The notes: generated from the sequence alone by a model not told the origin. Positions 1 through 10,591 are shown, numbered from the stretch's first letter. The stretch is 64,000 nucleotides of DNA from Clostridia bacterium (GCA_017541375.1 JAFXZE010000006.1:166125-230124), one strand, 5' to 3'. Numbers and translations are program-made.

Positions 1-1
1 C

Positions 2-58
2 AAAGCAACTGATGCTAACGATGATTCTGGGATTGACAACTTTGATTTGTCAGTTTAA
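2..58 (+). CDS. 3-prime end of an unidentified CDS entering from the left edge (..KATDANDDSGIDNFDLSV*)
   Basis: Frame is open from the window edge to TAA at 56-58. A hairpin terminator follows directly. Confidence 0.3.
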   Translation, partial: KATDANDDSGIDNFDLSV

Positions 59-65
59 TTAGTAA

Positions 66-99
66 AAACACTGTTTTATGACGGTGTTTTTCTTTTTGT
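66..99 (+). terminator. Rho-independent terminator
   Basis: 9-bp stem AAACACTGT / ACGGTGTTT (one G-U pair), 6-nt loop, then a T-rich run. Confidence 0.6.
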
Positions 100-108
100 A
101 CGAATTTG

Positions 109-137
109 TTGACAATACATGTTTTTTGTGGTATTAT
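109..137 (+). promoter_or_regulatory. sigma-A type promoter of the thrS leader
   Basis: TTGACA (109-114), 17-nt spacer, TG-extended TATTAT (132-137). Confidence 0.55.
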
Positions 138-139
138 AT

Positions 140-366
140 AAATAATAATAGTAAGAAGAGAGACAAGTAGCCGATTTAGTTAACTTTTACAGAGAATTGT
201 GCCACGGCTGAGAGCACAAGATGTACTATATCGGTAAAACCACTCTCAGACTATTTCGCCACCCAAACGGATTTTGGGTAATAAAGTGGCTCGTAGCAAT
301 GCTAGGAGCAACAAAGGTGGAACCACGGGGAAACTCGTCCTTTGATAATTAGGGCGAGTTTTTTCT
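140..366 (+). promoter_or_regulatory. T-box riboswitch leader, threonine specifier
   Basis: Specifier-loop context GTAAAACCACTC has ACC at 239-241 followed by a purine. T-box motif AACAAAGGTGGAACCACGG lies at 310-328. Terminator CTCGTCCT/AGGGCGAG (334-358) plus T-run sits directly upstream of thrS. Confidence 0.8.
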
Positions 367-388
367 CGTCTAATAGGAGGAAAGGAAA

Positions 389-2314
389 ATGTATGTAAAA
401 ATTAAAGATGGTAGCAAAATCGAATTAGACAGTGGAGCAAAAGTCATCGATGTTGCTAGTAAAATCAGCGAAGGCCTAGCGCGCAATGCCATCGCTGGTA
501 AAGTCAATGGCAAATTATGCCAACTAAGTAGCGCGGTAAAAGCAAACGATTTGGTCGAAATTGTCACACTCAAGGATAAAGAAGGACTTGAGATTTTTAG
601 ACACTCAACAGCCCACATCCTAGCCCTTGCAGTTAAGCGTAAATTCCCTGGGACAAAGATTAGTATTGGTCCAGCAATTGAGAATGGATTTTATTATGAC
701 TTCGATTTTCCAGAACCTGTAGGAAATGATGATTTGGGGGCAATAGAAGAAGAAATGGCTCGCATTATCAAAGGTAAAATTCCTTTTGTTCGTGAGGAAA
801 TTAGCCGAGATGATGCGATAAAACTCTTTAAGAAACTTGACGAGCCATATAAACTAGCAATACTCGCCGAAATCCCTAAGGATGAAGTGCTCACTATCTA
901 TAAACTCGGCGAGCTTGTGGACCTTTGTCGTGGACCACATCTAGAGGATATCAGCATTATCAAGGCATTTAAGCTTCAAAGTGTGACTGGAGCGTATTTC
1001 CAAGGAAATGAGAAAAACAAGATGCTGTCTCGAATTTACGGAACATCGTTCCCTAAAAAGAGTGAATTAGATGACTATCTTGCCATGCTTGAAGAGGCAA
1101 AACAGCGTGATCACCGCAAAATCGGTAAGGAGTTAGGATTGTTTACTTTTTCAGAGGCTATTGGTAAGGGGTTACCACTATGGTTACCGAATGGATTTAT
1201 ATTGCGCAGAATATTTTGTGATTATCTGATTGATTTGGAGCTTGCTAATGGGTATAAGCATGTGTTGACACCATATCTTGCATCGACTGAATTGTATCAC
1301 ACATCAGGACATTGGGATCATTACAAAGATGATATGTTTCCGCCAATGAAGATGGATAATGAGGAATATGTTTTGCGTCCAATGAGTTGTCCTCATCACA
1401 TGATGATTTACAAAAATGGCTTCCATTCATATAAAGATTTGCCACTAAGATTGGCGGAAATTGGGAATGTATTTAGATATGAGGATAGTGGTACACTTAT
1501 AGGGATAGAGCGCGTTAGATGGTTTTGTCAGAATGACTCACATATTTTTTGTAGACCTGATCAGATAGAAGAAGAGTGCGATAGGGTAATCAAGCTAATT
1601 CTAGGTGTGTACAAAGATTTGGGTATCAAAAAATACAATTTTAGATTGTCACTTAGAGATAAAGATTCAGATAAGTACTTTCCTAATGACGAATTATGGG
1701 AGAAGAGTGAAAGTGCTTTACGACAAATTCTTATCAAAAACAAAGTTGATTTTTATGAGGCAAAAGGAGAGGCTGCCTTTTATGGACCAAAGATTGATGT
1801 ACAAGCATACAGCGCAATTGGACATGAGATTACTATATCAACTCTACAACTAGATTATCAATTACCGCTCAGATTTGGGCTTGAATATATTGGGGAGAAT
1901 GGAGAAAAAGAAACTCCCGTAGTGCTTCACCGAGCGATATTTGGTTCAATTGACCGATTTATAGCTTTTCTTATTGAAGAATTTAAAGGAGCTTTTCCAC
2001 TTTGGGTTGCTCCAGTACAGGTAAAGGTAATTAATATTTCTGAAAAACAAGATGATTATGCAAAATCCGTTACAGAAGAACTACGAAAAGCTGGCTTTAG
2101 AGTAGAGTTTGATGACAGAAATGAGAAGGTAGGCTACAAGATTAGGGAAGCTCAACTTCAAAAGATACCATATATGGTAGTATTGGGTGAAGAAGAGGTA
2201 AAGGCTAAGAAAATCGCAGTTCGTCACAGAAAAGAAGGTGACCTTGGACAAATGAAACTAGCTGACTTTATCCAAAAACTAAGATTAGAAAGCGACACCA
2301 AAGAGATAAAATAG
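389..2314 (+). CDS. thrS: threonine--tRNA ligase
   Basis: 641 aa with an N-terminal TGS-like region, editing-domain HSTAHILA and class II core motifs (RPMSCPHH, FRYEDSG). SD AGGAGG lies upstream and a Thr T-box leader precedes it. Confidence 0.95.
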   Translation: MYVKIKDGSKIELDSGAKVIDVASKISEGLARNAIAGKVNGKLCQLSSAVKANDLVEIVTLKDKEGLEIFRHSTAHILALAVKRKFPGTKISIGPAIENGFYYDFDFPEPVGNDDLGAIEEEMARIIKGKIPFVREEISRDDAIKLFKKLDEPYKLAILAEIPKDEVLTIYKLGELVDLCRGPHLEDISIIKAFKLQSVTGAYFQGNEKNKMLSRIYGTSFPKKSELDDYLAMLEEAKQRDHRKIGKELGLFTFSEAIGKGLPLWLPNGFILRRIFCDYLIDLELANGYKHVLTPYLASTELYHTSGHWDHYKDDMFPPMKMDNEEYVLRPMSCPHHMMIYKNGFHSYKDLPLRLAEIGNVFRYEDSGTLIGIERVRWFCQNDSHIFCRPDQIEEECDRVIKLILGVYKDLGIKKYNFRLSLRDKDSDKYFPNDELWEKSESALRQILIKNKVDFYEAKGEAAFYGPKIDVQAYSAIGHEITISTLQLDYQLPLRFGLEYIGENGEKETPVVLHRAIFGSIDRFIAFLIEEFKGAFPLWVAPVQVKVINISEKQDDYAKSVTEELRKAGFRVEFDDRNEKVGYKIREAQLQKIPYMVVLGEEEVKAKKIAVRHRKEGDLGQMKLADFIQKLRLESDTKEIK

Positions 2315-2420
2315 AGTTACGTAAAAAGTGTCAAAATTATGTTGACATTTTTTTTGCTTTTGTGATACACTTTTAAAGTCAAGAATAAATTTATTTAATA
2401 AAAAATATAAGGAGAAAATT

Positions 2421-3434
2421 ATGCAAGGATCAAAAGTATTAAGTGCATCAGTAAGTTTTTTAATAAGCTTATTTTTAGTTGTGATGTGTTTCGGTTTTAC
2501 TGCGTGTGCGTGCACTAATAGAGATGAGGTTACAGTTAGTGTAAAGCAAATATGTGATGGAGTTGAAGGTGAGTATGCCAATATTGAGGGAGCAGGAAGA
2601 TATCTTTCTAGCGAAAAAGTAACACTGAAGTATAGCAATATGGCAGACGGATATTATTTTTATTGTTGGAAAGTTGGTCAAACAGAGTACAAAAGTACTG
2701 AGTTAAATCAACAACAATTCACTAAAGATACTGAAGTTGTTGCTGTATTTGGTAAAGGGGCTGAATTTAGTGTGGGAAACAATAGAGTAATGATTAAAAA
2801 TGGCGAAATAAGTGAAACAACATCTACCAGCGTATTTTTTAAATTAAATAACACAGTATCAGAAGATATGTTTAGTTATTGGAAAATAACTTATCTTAGC
2901 AATGGTTCGAGCAGGATTTTTAGTGCTGATAGCGAATCTTTCATAGAAAAAGAAAATATTAATGTAAATATAATTTTTGAGCCTATTTGTGCAAACTGTG
3001 GCGTAATGGCAATATATTATGAGTCAAACACTAACGATGTTGCTTCATTAGGTATCAGAGGCTTAGAAGTTTATTCTTACTCAGAGTTTAAAAATAATGT
3101 AATTAGTAAAGGGCTGAAGTATGCATTTTTATTGGAACCTTACGCTGGTGTTGGGAATTTAATAACGAATATTGGAGACTATAACAATAGTACTTTAAAT
3201 CAAACTAATAATATAGTAATTCCTATGACAAAATCATATACATCACTTTCTATAGGAAAAATATTCTGGGATATGGACGGAAATTTAAAATGTGCACTAC
3301 TTGGGGGTTTGGCGCCTGTTGTTGATGCTGCGAGTATAAGTGGAGGACAAAACATAGTAACAGCAAATAAACCTGATGGTACAGCACCTACATTAAGACA
3401 AATAAACCTAATAGTGCAAGCGAATAGAGATTAA
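2421..3434 (+). CDS. hypothetical lipoprotein
   Basis: Signal peptide with a lipobox-like GFTAC. SD AAGGAG upstream. No recognisable domain. Confidence 0.5.
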   Translation: MQGSKVLSASVSFLISLFLVVMCFGFTACACTNRDEVTVSVKQICDGVEGEYANIEGAGRYLSSEKVTLKYSNMADGYYFYCWKVGQTEYKSTELNQQQFTKDTEVVAVFGKGAEFSVGNNRVMIKNGEISETTSTSVFFKLNNTVSEDMFSYWKITYLSNGSSRIFSADSESFIEKENINVNIIFEPICANCGVMAIYYESNTNDVASLGIRGLEVYSYSEFKNNVISKGLKYAFLLEPYAGVGNLITNIGDYNNSTLNQTNNIVIPMTKSYTSLSIGKIFWDMDGNLKCALLGGLAPVVDAASISGGQNIVTANKPDGTAPTLRQINLIVQANRD

Positions 3435-3459
3435 ATTAAAACACATCGACAGATGTGTT

Positions 3460-3843
3460 TTATTTTGTTATTAATTTTGTAAAAACTCCAGAGATAAGTC
3501 CAACTATCATGGCAAATAGAGCGTCCCATAAAAGGGAGATAGAGAAAGAAAATTCACCATCCAAAATAGAGAAAATAATGTAAGATAACACAGTATATAC
3601 CAGTCCAAGTATGGCACCCCAAAACCAAATGTGAGCAGTTTGTTTTTTGGTAAGTACTAAGCATCCAACAAATATGCTAAGCACTTTTATAGATTGATTT
3701 ACAGGAGAAATTAGGCTTTCACTAATGGGAGTGAATTTGAGTAGAAGAGCAAATATCAATACCCCCAGAAGTGAGCAAGTAATTGCAAAAAATGCCGCTT
3801 TGGTAATGCTGAGAACAATGTTAGAACTTTGAATATTTTCCAT
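3460..3843 (-). CDS. small polytopic membrane protein (possibly YrzE/TIGR04086-like)
   Basis: 127 aa with 4 predicted hydrophobic helices and SD GAGGT. The family assignment is only an impression. Confidence 0.45.
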   Translation of the reverse strand: MENIQSSNIVLSITKAAFFAITCSLLGVLIFALLLKFTPISESLISPVNQSIKVLSIFVGCLVLTKKQTAHIWFWGAILGLVYTVLSYIIFSILDGEFSFSISLLWDALFAMIVGLISGVFTKLITK

Positions 3844-4001
3844 AAATAACCTCGCTTTTATCTTATGAAAAACTTTAAATATTTAGCACTAAAATGTATA
3901 AAAAGATTAAAAGTAAACTTAATTTAAAAAATATGCCTAAAATAATTGACTTGATTTTGGTTTTATATTATAATTGAACATACTTTCAAGGAGTTACCTA
4001 A

Positions 4002-5309
4002 ATGAATAGACCTACAGCAATTAAAAGAATTATTTTTATAGGCGTTTTTTTGGTATTGGGTTTTTTCCTTTGTTTTGCAAAGTTTGATATTCCATTTACC
4101 AACTATACGTACAACGGATTTGCCAATTCAATCAAGCTAGGACTTGATCTAAAGGGCGGTGTGTTAGCTGTCTATGAGGCTAGCCCAATAGATGGTGATA
4201 ACACAGATTTTGATGAAAGATTAAATGCAACAAGGCAACGTGTGACTGACCTTATTACAAAGTCATACACAGAGGCGGTAATTTCTATCCAAGAGGGAAA
4301 TAGATTACGTGTTGAGGTGCCTGATGTAGATAATCCTGAAGAAGTGTTTGATTTGATTGGTACTCCCGCTATCTTAGAGTTTAAAACTGAAAAAAGTGAT
4401 GATGCTGAAGCATTGCTTACTGGACAAAATATTGTAAAGGTTTATGCAAATCAGCAAAGCTCGTCGAGCAGTGGATATCTTGAGTGGGGTGTATCTATTG
4501 AATTTGATGCAGAAGGTGCGCAAAAGTTTTATGAGATGACAGCAGAGCAAGTGGGCAACAAAATATATATTTATAGTAATGGAGAATGTATTTCTGAGCC
4601 TACAGTAAACTCTGCCATTGCAGGTGGAAAGACTTTTATCTCTGGTAGTATGGATGAGCAAGGAGCTCAAGATTTTGCATTGCAGATTTTGAGTGGAACT
4701 TTCTCTGTAAGATTAAGTTTGCTAGAAAATACTGTGGTAAGTGCAACCTTAGGTGATAAAGCGCTTTTATACGGACTGATTGCCGGTGGAATAGCGTTGC
4801 TACTTATATTTGCATTTATGATTTGGAGATACAAGATGCTTGGAGTGATAGCTAGTATTGCATTGTGTTTTTATGTAATACTAATATTATTCTTCTTGAT
4901 GGCTATACCAGCAGTGCAACTAACTCTTGCGGGTATCGCAGGTATCATACTCTCTATTGGTATGGCTATCGATGGAAATATCGTTATCTTTGAGCGTATC
5001 AAAGAAGAATATGCTCAAGGAAAGCGAATAGAGCCTGCTATATCTTCAGGATTTAGAAAAGCATTCAGTGCGATTTTTGACTCCAACATTACAACTATAG
5101 CAGTATCAATAGTGCTAGCAATACTTGGTACAGGTTCGATTCAGGGATTTGCTATCACATTGCTTATTGGTGTGGCTTTAAGTATGTTTACATCTCTTGT
5201 GGTTACTCGAGGATTGATAAAGTTATACTATCCACTAAATCCTAATAAAGCAAGTAAATATGGTTTAAAAAGGGGGGAGGATGTAGATGAACTCGCAGAA
5301 ATTAAATAA
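4002..5309 (+). CDS. secD: protein translocase subunit SecD
   Basis: N-terminal TM helix, periplasmic domain with LDLKGGV, C-terminal 5-6 TM bundle. Overlaps the downstream secF. Confidence 0.9.
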   Translation: MNRPTAIKRIIFIGVFLVLGFFLCFAKFDIPFTNYTYNGFANSIKLGLDLKGGVLAVYEASPIDGDNTDFDERLNATRQRVTDLITKSYTEAVISIQEGNRLRVEVPDVDNPEEVFDLIGTPAILEFKTEKSDDAEALLTGQNIVKVYANQQSSSSSGYLEWGVSIEFDAEGAQKFYEMTAEQVGNKIYIYSNGECISEPTVNSAIAGGKTFISGSMDEQGAQDFALQILSGTFSVRLSLLENTVVSATLGDKALLYGLIAGGIALLLIFAFMIWRYKMLGVIASIALCFYVILILFFLMAIPAVQLTLAGIAGIILSIGMAIDGNIVIFERIKEEYAQGKRIEPAISSGFRKAFSAIFDSNITTIAVSIVLAILGTGSIQGFAITLLIGVALSMFTSLVVTRGLIKLYYPLNPNKASKYGLKRGEDVDELAEIK

Positions 5310-6288
5310 TTTTAAACCCTCTAAATGGACAAAGTATGTGCTTTTGTTTAGTGGGACAATAATTTTGATTGGTTTAATTATGTTTACCATCATGGGATTT
5401 AATCTAGGAATGGATTTTACTGGTGGTAACATTGTAAAGATTGAGACAGGAGCAGAACTTACTGATAGTCAGTATAGTGAAGTTGTAAATAAGGCTAGCA
5501 ATATTTTAGGTGAGGAAGGTTTGCACTTATCGCAAGCTCAACGTGTTGGTGTAGGCGGGGAATTTTCCGTATCTATCCAATATCAAAACAAGTCTGGCGT
5601 AGATGATATGACTGAGATAAATAGTGCCGTTGTAACAAAATTGCAAGAGGCATACCCAGAATATAATATTGTAAATGCAGAATCTAAAAGTGCAACCACA
5701 AGTTCTGAATTGTTGCTCAATGCTCTACTAGCAGTTGTAATTGCGTTGATTTTGATTATGATTTATATCGCTTTCAGATTTGAGTTTTTGAGTGGTGTGG
5801 CAGCACTGATTACATTGTTCCATGATGTGCTAATAATGTGCGCTTGTGTCGCAATATTTAGAATAGAAATAAACAGTGCGTTTGTGGCTGCAATTATTAC
5901 AGTGCTTGGTTATTCTATCAACAACACGATTATTATATTTGACCGTGTGAGAGAAAACCTTAAAAAGCCAAGTTTGGATGCTTTGTCAAATAACGACATA
6001 GCAAACCTTTCTGTAAAGCAAACTCTAAATAGAACTATCAATACATCTATCACAACTATAGTTTCTATCGTGTTGTTAGCTTGTATTGGTGTGCCACAAA
6101 TGACAGAATTTGTCGTACCAATCTTGATTGGTTTGGTTGCTGGTACTTACGCGTCGATTTTCATTTCTGCTCCTATGTGGACAACATTAATGAGTAAATC
6201 GAAGAGAAATTTGCGAATCAAATCAAAAGGTGAACGCCAATTAAAGGAAAAGGCAACTATCACGAAGGTAGAGCCAACTGTAGAATAA
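5287..6288 (+). CDS. secF: protein translocase subunit SecF
   Basis: GMDFTGG motif and C-terminal TM bundle. SD GGGGGGAGG lies 6 nt upstream. 23-nt overlap with secD. Confidence 0.9.
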   Translation: MNSQKLNNFKPSKWTKYVLLFSGTIILIGLIMFTIMGFNLGMDFTGGNIVKIETGAELTDSQYSEVVNKASNILGEEGLHLSQAQRVGVGGEFSVSIQYQNKSGVDDMTEINSAVVTKLQEAYPEYNIVNAESKSATTSSELLLNALLAVVIALILIMIYIAFRFEFLSGVAALITLFHDVLIMCACVAIFRIEINSAFVAAIITVLGYSINNTIIIFDRVRENLKKPSLDALSNNDIANLSVKQTLNRTINTSITTIVSIVLLACIGVPQMTEFVVPILIGLVAGTYASIFISAPMWTTLMSKSKRNLRIKSKGERQLKEKATITKVEPTVE

Positions 6289-6342
6289 TTTTAAAAAGCT
6301 TTCCTAGTAATAATTGGAGAGCTTTTTTAAAAGAGGAAGAGG

Positions 6343-8736
6343 ATGAATTTAAGAAAAATTGAAAACCCAAATTTTTCTCAAAACAGAGTAGAACAAATAA
6401 CTAAAAAATTTGGCATAACTAGTAATGTTGCAGAGTTATTACTGCAGCGTGGGATAGTGACAGATGGAGACATTCAAAAGTTTTTAGCTCCAAGTATAAG
6501 TGATATGCATGATCCATTTAAGTTTTTAGGTATGGATGTGGTCGTAAAACGTATAAAACAGGCAGTAGCTAACCATGAGCGCATATTGATATTTGGAGAC
6601 TATGATGTGGATGGGATTACCAGCACATATATCCTACTTGATTATTTTCAGAGTGTAGGCGTGAATGTATCTACATTTTTACCCAATAGATATAGTGATG
6701 GTTATGGGCTTACACAAGATGCGGTTGAGTATGTGTTGAATGAATTTAAACCTAATTTAATTATTACTGTTGATTGTGGAATAAGTGGAGAGCGTGAGGT
6801 GGAGTATATAAAATCTTGTGGAGTTGATGTGATTGTAACAGACCATCATGATTGCCCAGAGGTTTTGCCTAGATGTCCTATTATAGATGCAAAATTACCA
6901 AACCAAACATATCCATTTAGAGAGTTGTGTGGGGCTGGGGTAGCCCTAAAACTCGTGGAGGCACTGTCTAGTAGAGAGGTGGCCATAAAGTATTTGCCAG
7001 TATGTGCTATAGCAACAGTGTCTGATATCGTACCCCTTGTGGATGAAAACAGAGTAATAGTGAAACTTGGTCTTGATAAACCAATGACTGCTTATCCTGT
7101 AGGAATTGCAGCCTTAGCAAAAGAGCTAAAATTAAGCGCAAAACTAACTAGTCAGGAAGTAAGCTTTAAGCTGGCTCCCAAACTTAATGCCGCAGGACGC
7201 ATGGGAAATGCCGATCACAGTCTAAAACTATATATAGCAAAAGATAAATCTGAGATAAAAAAATTGATAGCTAAGCTATTAGATTATAATGTCGAGCGCC
7301 AAGATTTGTGTAATGTGGTTTATGCTGATTGCCTTAGGGAGCTAAGTAAGATTAATTTAGCAAATGAGAAAGTTATCGTATTGGCAAAGAAAGGCTGGAG
7401 TATCGGAATTTTGGGAATAGTTGCAGCAAGATTATCAGAAGAATTCAATAGACCAACTTTTCTGCTTGGAGAAGAAGGGGGAGTGTATAAAGGGTCTTGC
7501 CGTAGTATAGAAGGAATGAATATACACGAGCTACTTACTCAAATGTCAGATTTACTCACTAGTTTTGGTGGGCATACTATGGCTGCTGGTATGGCAATAG
7601 AAATGGATAAAATAGACGAATTTCGCCGTAGATTAAATAATTTGGTAAATAAGATGTATCCAGAGGAATTTTTTGCTCCGTTCATTAATTATGATTTGGA
7701 TATAAATGTGGCTGATGTAAATATGGAGAGTCTCAAAGCTTTTGAAATTTTAGAACCATATGGATGTAAAAATCCTATGCCAGTGTTTAAATTTGAATTT
7801 GAAAAAGCTACAGTGTCTAGCATGAAAACTAATCCAAACCACCTCAATATTCAGTTAGGAAATGTAACATTGCTTGCGTTTAACAAACCAGAATATTTTA
7901 ATCTAGTGAGTCAAAGTGGAAAGAAAGAGTGTGTAGCAGAGTTGTGGATAGATACATTTAGAGGTAATACTAGCTGTAAAGGGATAGTAAAGGAATTACA
8001 GATGGGCGCTGTACCTAATATTGGAGCTGATAAAATTGGTGGAGAATATCTAAAGCAACTAAGTTTAAATTCTGAGGGAAGAAAACCTATTTACACATCT
8101 TATAACAAGGAAGATTTATATCGCGTGTTGATAAATTCACCTAGCAAAATTTATGGCACCTTAATTATAGCTAGTACATTACAGAGTTATAAGGACTTTT
8201 TATCTAGATATAAAAAGAGATTTAATGTGGTTTGTCAAGAGTATTTAACAATCACTAATAATACAGGGTATAACACATTGTGTTTATGCCCGTCTTTGGA
8301 TAATAATTTTAAAAATTACAACCGAATAATTCTTTTGGATAGTGTACTAGACGAATCTTACATAGTATATTTAAACTTAAATAGTAATGCCGAAATCTTT
8401 TTACCCAATCCAAGCGTGTTTTTATATGCACCATTTTCCTTCCTTGATTTATCACGTAAAACATTTGGGGAATATTTTAATGCTATAAAAAAGGCTGCGA
8501 AATTGAATTTGACAGCTTTTGATGATTATAATTACTTTAATAAATTGAAGCGCACAACCCACAACCTAAATTATGTGCAGTTTGTTTGTTGTGTGGAGAC
8601 TTTTGTGCAACTCAATTTGATAAGAGTGAATGATGAAGTAGGGATGTACAATATAGAAATGCTGAGTAGCACACCTACACAACTTACTGATTCTAAATTT
8701 TATACGAAGTTAGATTTAATAATGAAAGCATATTAA
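6343..8736 (+). CDS. recJ: single-stranded-DNA-specific exonuclease RecJ
   Basis: DHH family motifs IFGDYDVDGITS, VTDHHD and FGGHTMAAG, with a long C-terminal extension as in Firmicutes RecJ. Confidence 0.9.
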   Translation: MNLRKIENPNFSQNRVEQITKKFGITSNVAELLLQRGIVTDGDIQKFLAPSISDMHDPFKFLGMDVVVKRIKQAVANHERILIFGDYDVDGITSTYILLDYFQSVGVNVSTFLPNRYSDGYGLTQDAVEYVLNEFKPNLIITVDCGISGEREVEYIKSCGVDVIVTDHHDCPEVLPRCPIIDAKLPNQTYPFRELCGAGVALKLVEALSSREVAIKYLPVCAIATVSDIVPLVDENRVIVKLGLDKPMTAYPVGIAALAKELKLSAKLTSQEVSFKLAPKLNAAGRMGNADHSLKLYIAKDKSEIKKLIAKLLDYNVERQDLCNVVYADCLRELSKINLANEKVIVLAKKGWSIGILGIVAARLSEEFNRPTFLLGEEGGVYKGSCRSIEGMNIHELLTQMSDLLTSFGGHTMAAGMAIEMDKIDEFRRRLNNLVNKMYPEEFFAPFINYDLDINVADVNMESLKAFEILEPYGCKNPMPVFKFEFEKATVSSMKTNPNHLNIQLGNVTLLAFNKPEYFNLVSQSGKKECVAELWIDTFRGNTSCKGIVKELQMGAVPNIGADKIGGEYLKQLSLNSEGRKPIYTSYNKEDLYRVLINSPSKIYGTLIIASTLQSYKDFLSRYKKRFNVVCQEYLTITNNTGYNTLCLCPSLDNNFKNYNRIILLDSVLDESYIVYLNLNSNAEIFLPNPSVFLYAPFSFLDLSRKTFGEYFNAIKKAAKLNLTAFDDYNYFNKLKRTTHNLNYVQFVCCVETFVQLNLIRVNDEVGMYNIEMLSSTPTQLTDSKFYTKLDLIMKAY

Positions 8737-8761
8737 GGGAGGGGATATTATCAAAAAAATA

Positions 8762-9922
8762 ATGCAGTGGGATGAAGAAAAAGCTTTTTCAAAATTACCT
8801 TGGACTGATGAGTTTCGTAGCGAATTTCCTACACGTCAAGCTTTAAGCTATTTGGTAGACAAAGATTTTGAAAAATTGCAAGATTTCTTATTTGCTGAAA
8901 AACTTGTCGATTTTCGTAAAGCTCAACTCATTTCTCATGTATTAAAGAACGAAATAGGCATTGTAAAAAATGATAACGAAGTTATTCTTACTATTAATCT
9001 GCCTATAGGTGAGTTTAAATGTGTCAATTGTAAGAGATGTTTTTATAGGCAAGATAAGCAAGCTGAAACTCGAGCCTATTTAAATGCCTTATACAAAGAA
9101 ATTGAACAGCTTCGAGATATTATCAAGCGTAATTGCTATTTTGTAAAAGCACTTTGTTATAGTGGAAATTTATTAGCTTTAACTGAAAGTGATATTCAAG
9201 AATTGCTTTCCATGTGTGAGTTTCCACTTAGTGAAATTAATGTAGAAGTTGATAATCCTCTTTTCATTACAAAGGAAAAGCTTGCTATTCTTAAAAAATT
9301 TGGCGTGGAGCGTTTAATTTGTAACATAATGTCATTTAATACTGTTACACTAAGAAAATTGTGCCGCCATTATGAATTTAAAGATATTTATCCAGCCTTT
9401 AAGTGGATAGCTGAGTTTGGATTTGAAGTTAGTTTTGGATTAGTTATTGGTTTTGAGACTGAACAGGAATTGCAAATAAAGAGAAATATAAATCTAGCCG
9501 CTGAGTTGGGAGCAAGTAGCATTGAGTTATATTCAAGGTTTTGTCCTTATGAAACCGAAATCAATTCGTTAACTTTGCCGTGCGATATTGCGCTTCAAAG
9601 AAAAAATCTTACTTTTGCTTATGACGAAATGAGCAGGCTTGGCTTTATACCATATTTCTTATATTGCACAGAAGTGGAAAGTGGATGTTTTGAGAATGTT
9701 GGGTATGCATTAAGTAATAGGAAAAACAAGTATTTAGAAGACAAGCGGATGGGGATTTCTACTGAACTAGCTTGTGGATGTGATGTAAAAACCTTGGTAA
9801 AAAAACACTTTACTAATCAACAAGTAGAAGTAACCAGTGATTTTGATATGATGGAGTATGTCAAAAATATAGATTCTATTTTAAATAAAAAAAGAGAAAA
9901 ATTATTACAATATACAGTTTAG
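8762..9922 (+). CDS. HemN/HemZ-like radical-SAM-fold protein with a non-canonical Cys motif
   Basis: Central region aligns by eye to the HemN/HemW TIM-barrel (EINVEVDNP.., FGVERLICNIMSF, GLVIGFETE). The CX3CX2C position reads G-EFK-C-VN-C-KR-C and GGGTPS reads YSGNLL. Confidence 0.45.
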   Translation: MQWDEEKAFSKLPWTDEFRSEFPTRQALSYLVDKDFEKLQDFLFAEKLVDFRKAQLISHVLKNEIGIVKNDNEVILTINLPIGEFKCVNCKRCFYRQDKQAETRAYLNALYKEIEQLRDIIKRNCYFVKALCYSGNLLALTESDIQELLSMCEFPLSEINVEVDNPLFITKEKLAILKKFGVERLICNIMSFNTVTLRKLCRHYEFKDIYPAFKWIAEFGFEVSFGLVIGFETEQELQIKRNINLAAELGASSIELYSRFCPYETEINSLTLPCDIALQRKNLTFAYDEMSRLGFIPYFLYCTEVESGCFENVGYALSNRKNKYLEDKRMGISTELACGCDVKTLVKKHFTNQQVEVTSDFDMMEYVKNIDSILNKKREKLLQYTV

Positions 9923-9985
9923 GCTGCATTTTTGGGTTATTGACATTTTGGGTGCGATGTGATAAAATAAAATAGAGGTGGGAAG

Positions 9986-10591
9986 ATGGGAAGAGATGAA
10001 GATCTGAAAGATTTGGATATGCTTCATCAGCGTCGTAATAAAGCTATAAACAAATATGGTTTTAAGAAAAGGCGGGCAAAGCTACTTGGACCAACTTTGG
10101 CGATGATTTCGTGGAGTGCTATTGCTTTGCACAAAAAAGATTTAATAAATGCTGAGAGAATTGCTGCTATAAAGCCGGAAGTTGATAAATATGCAGCAGA
10201 AGAAGCACACAAAATTGACATTATGTATGATAATCAATTGGATGTAGAACATCATTTTTCAACAATTGATAGCACAAATGTTTGTAACTACTTGTTTGAA
10301 CATTATATTGAGATATTGGATAATGGAGCAGGAAGTGATATTCGTCAAAAATATGCAAATGATTATTTTAATCATGCTTTTGATTATGTCTATCAAACAA
10401 TGCAAGAGATGTTTGATAGTGTACAATGTTCAATTTTTGATGCTTTTAAGGAAGCAATTCCATCAACGCTAGGTTGTACGGCTGTTATAGGATTGTATTA
10501 TGCACAAACGCTACTAAGGAGCAAACGGGAAATTGATAAAATCAATAATGATGTTTATAAACTAGAGGATAAGTTGTTTTGGGATAGATAA
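9986..10591 (+). CDS. hypothetical two-TM protein, paralog A
   Basis: 201 aa. Own TTGACA-17-TAAAAT promoter, SD GAGGTGGG and its own terminator. About 40 percent identical by eye to the next gene. Confidence 0.6.
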   Translation: MGRDEDLKDLDMLHQRRNKAINKYGFKKRRAKLLGPTLAMISWSAIALHKKDLINAERIAAIKPEVDKYAAEEAHKIDIMYDNQLDVEHHFSTIDSTNVCNYLFEHYIEILDNGAGSDIRQKYANDYFNHAFDYVYQTMQEMFDSVQCSIFDAFKEAIPSTLGCTAVIGLYYAQTLLRSKREIDKINNDVYKLEDKLFWDR

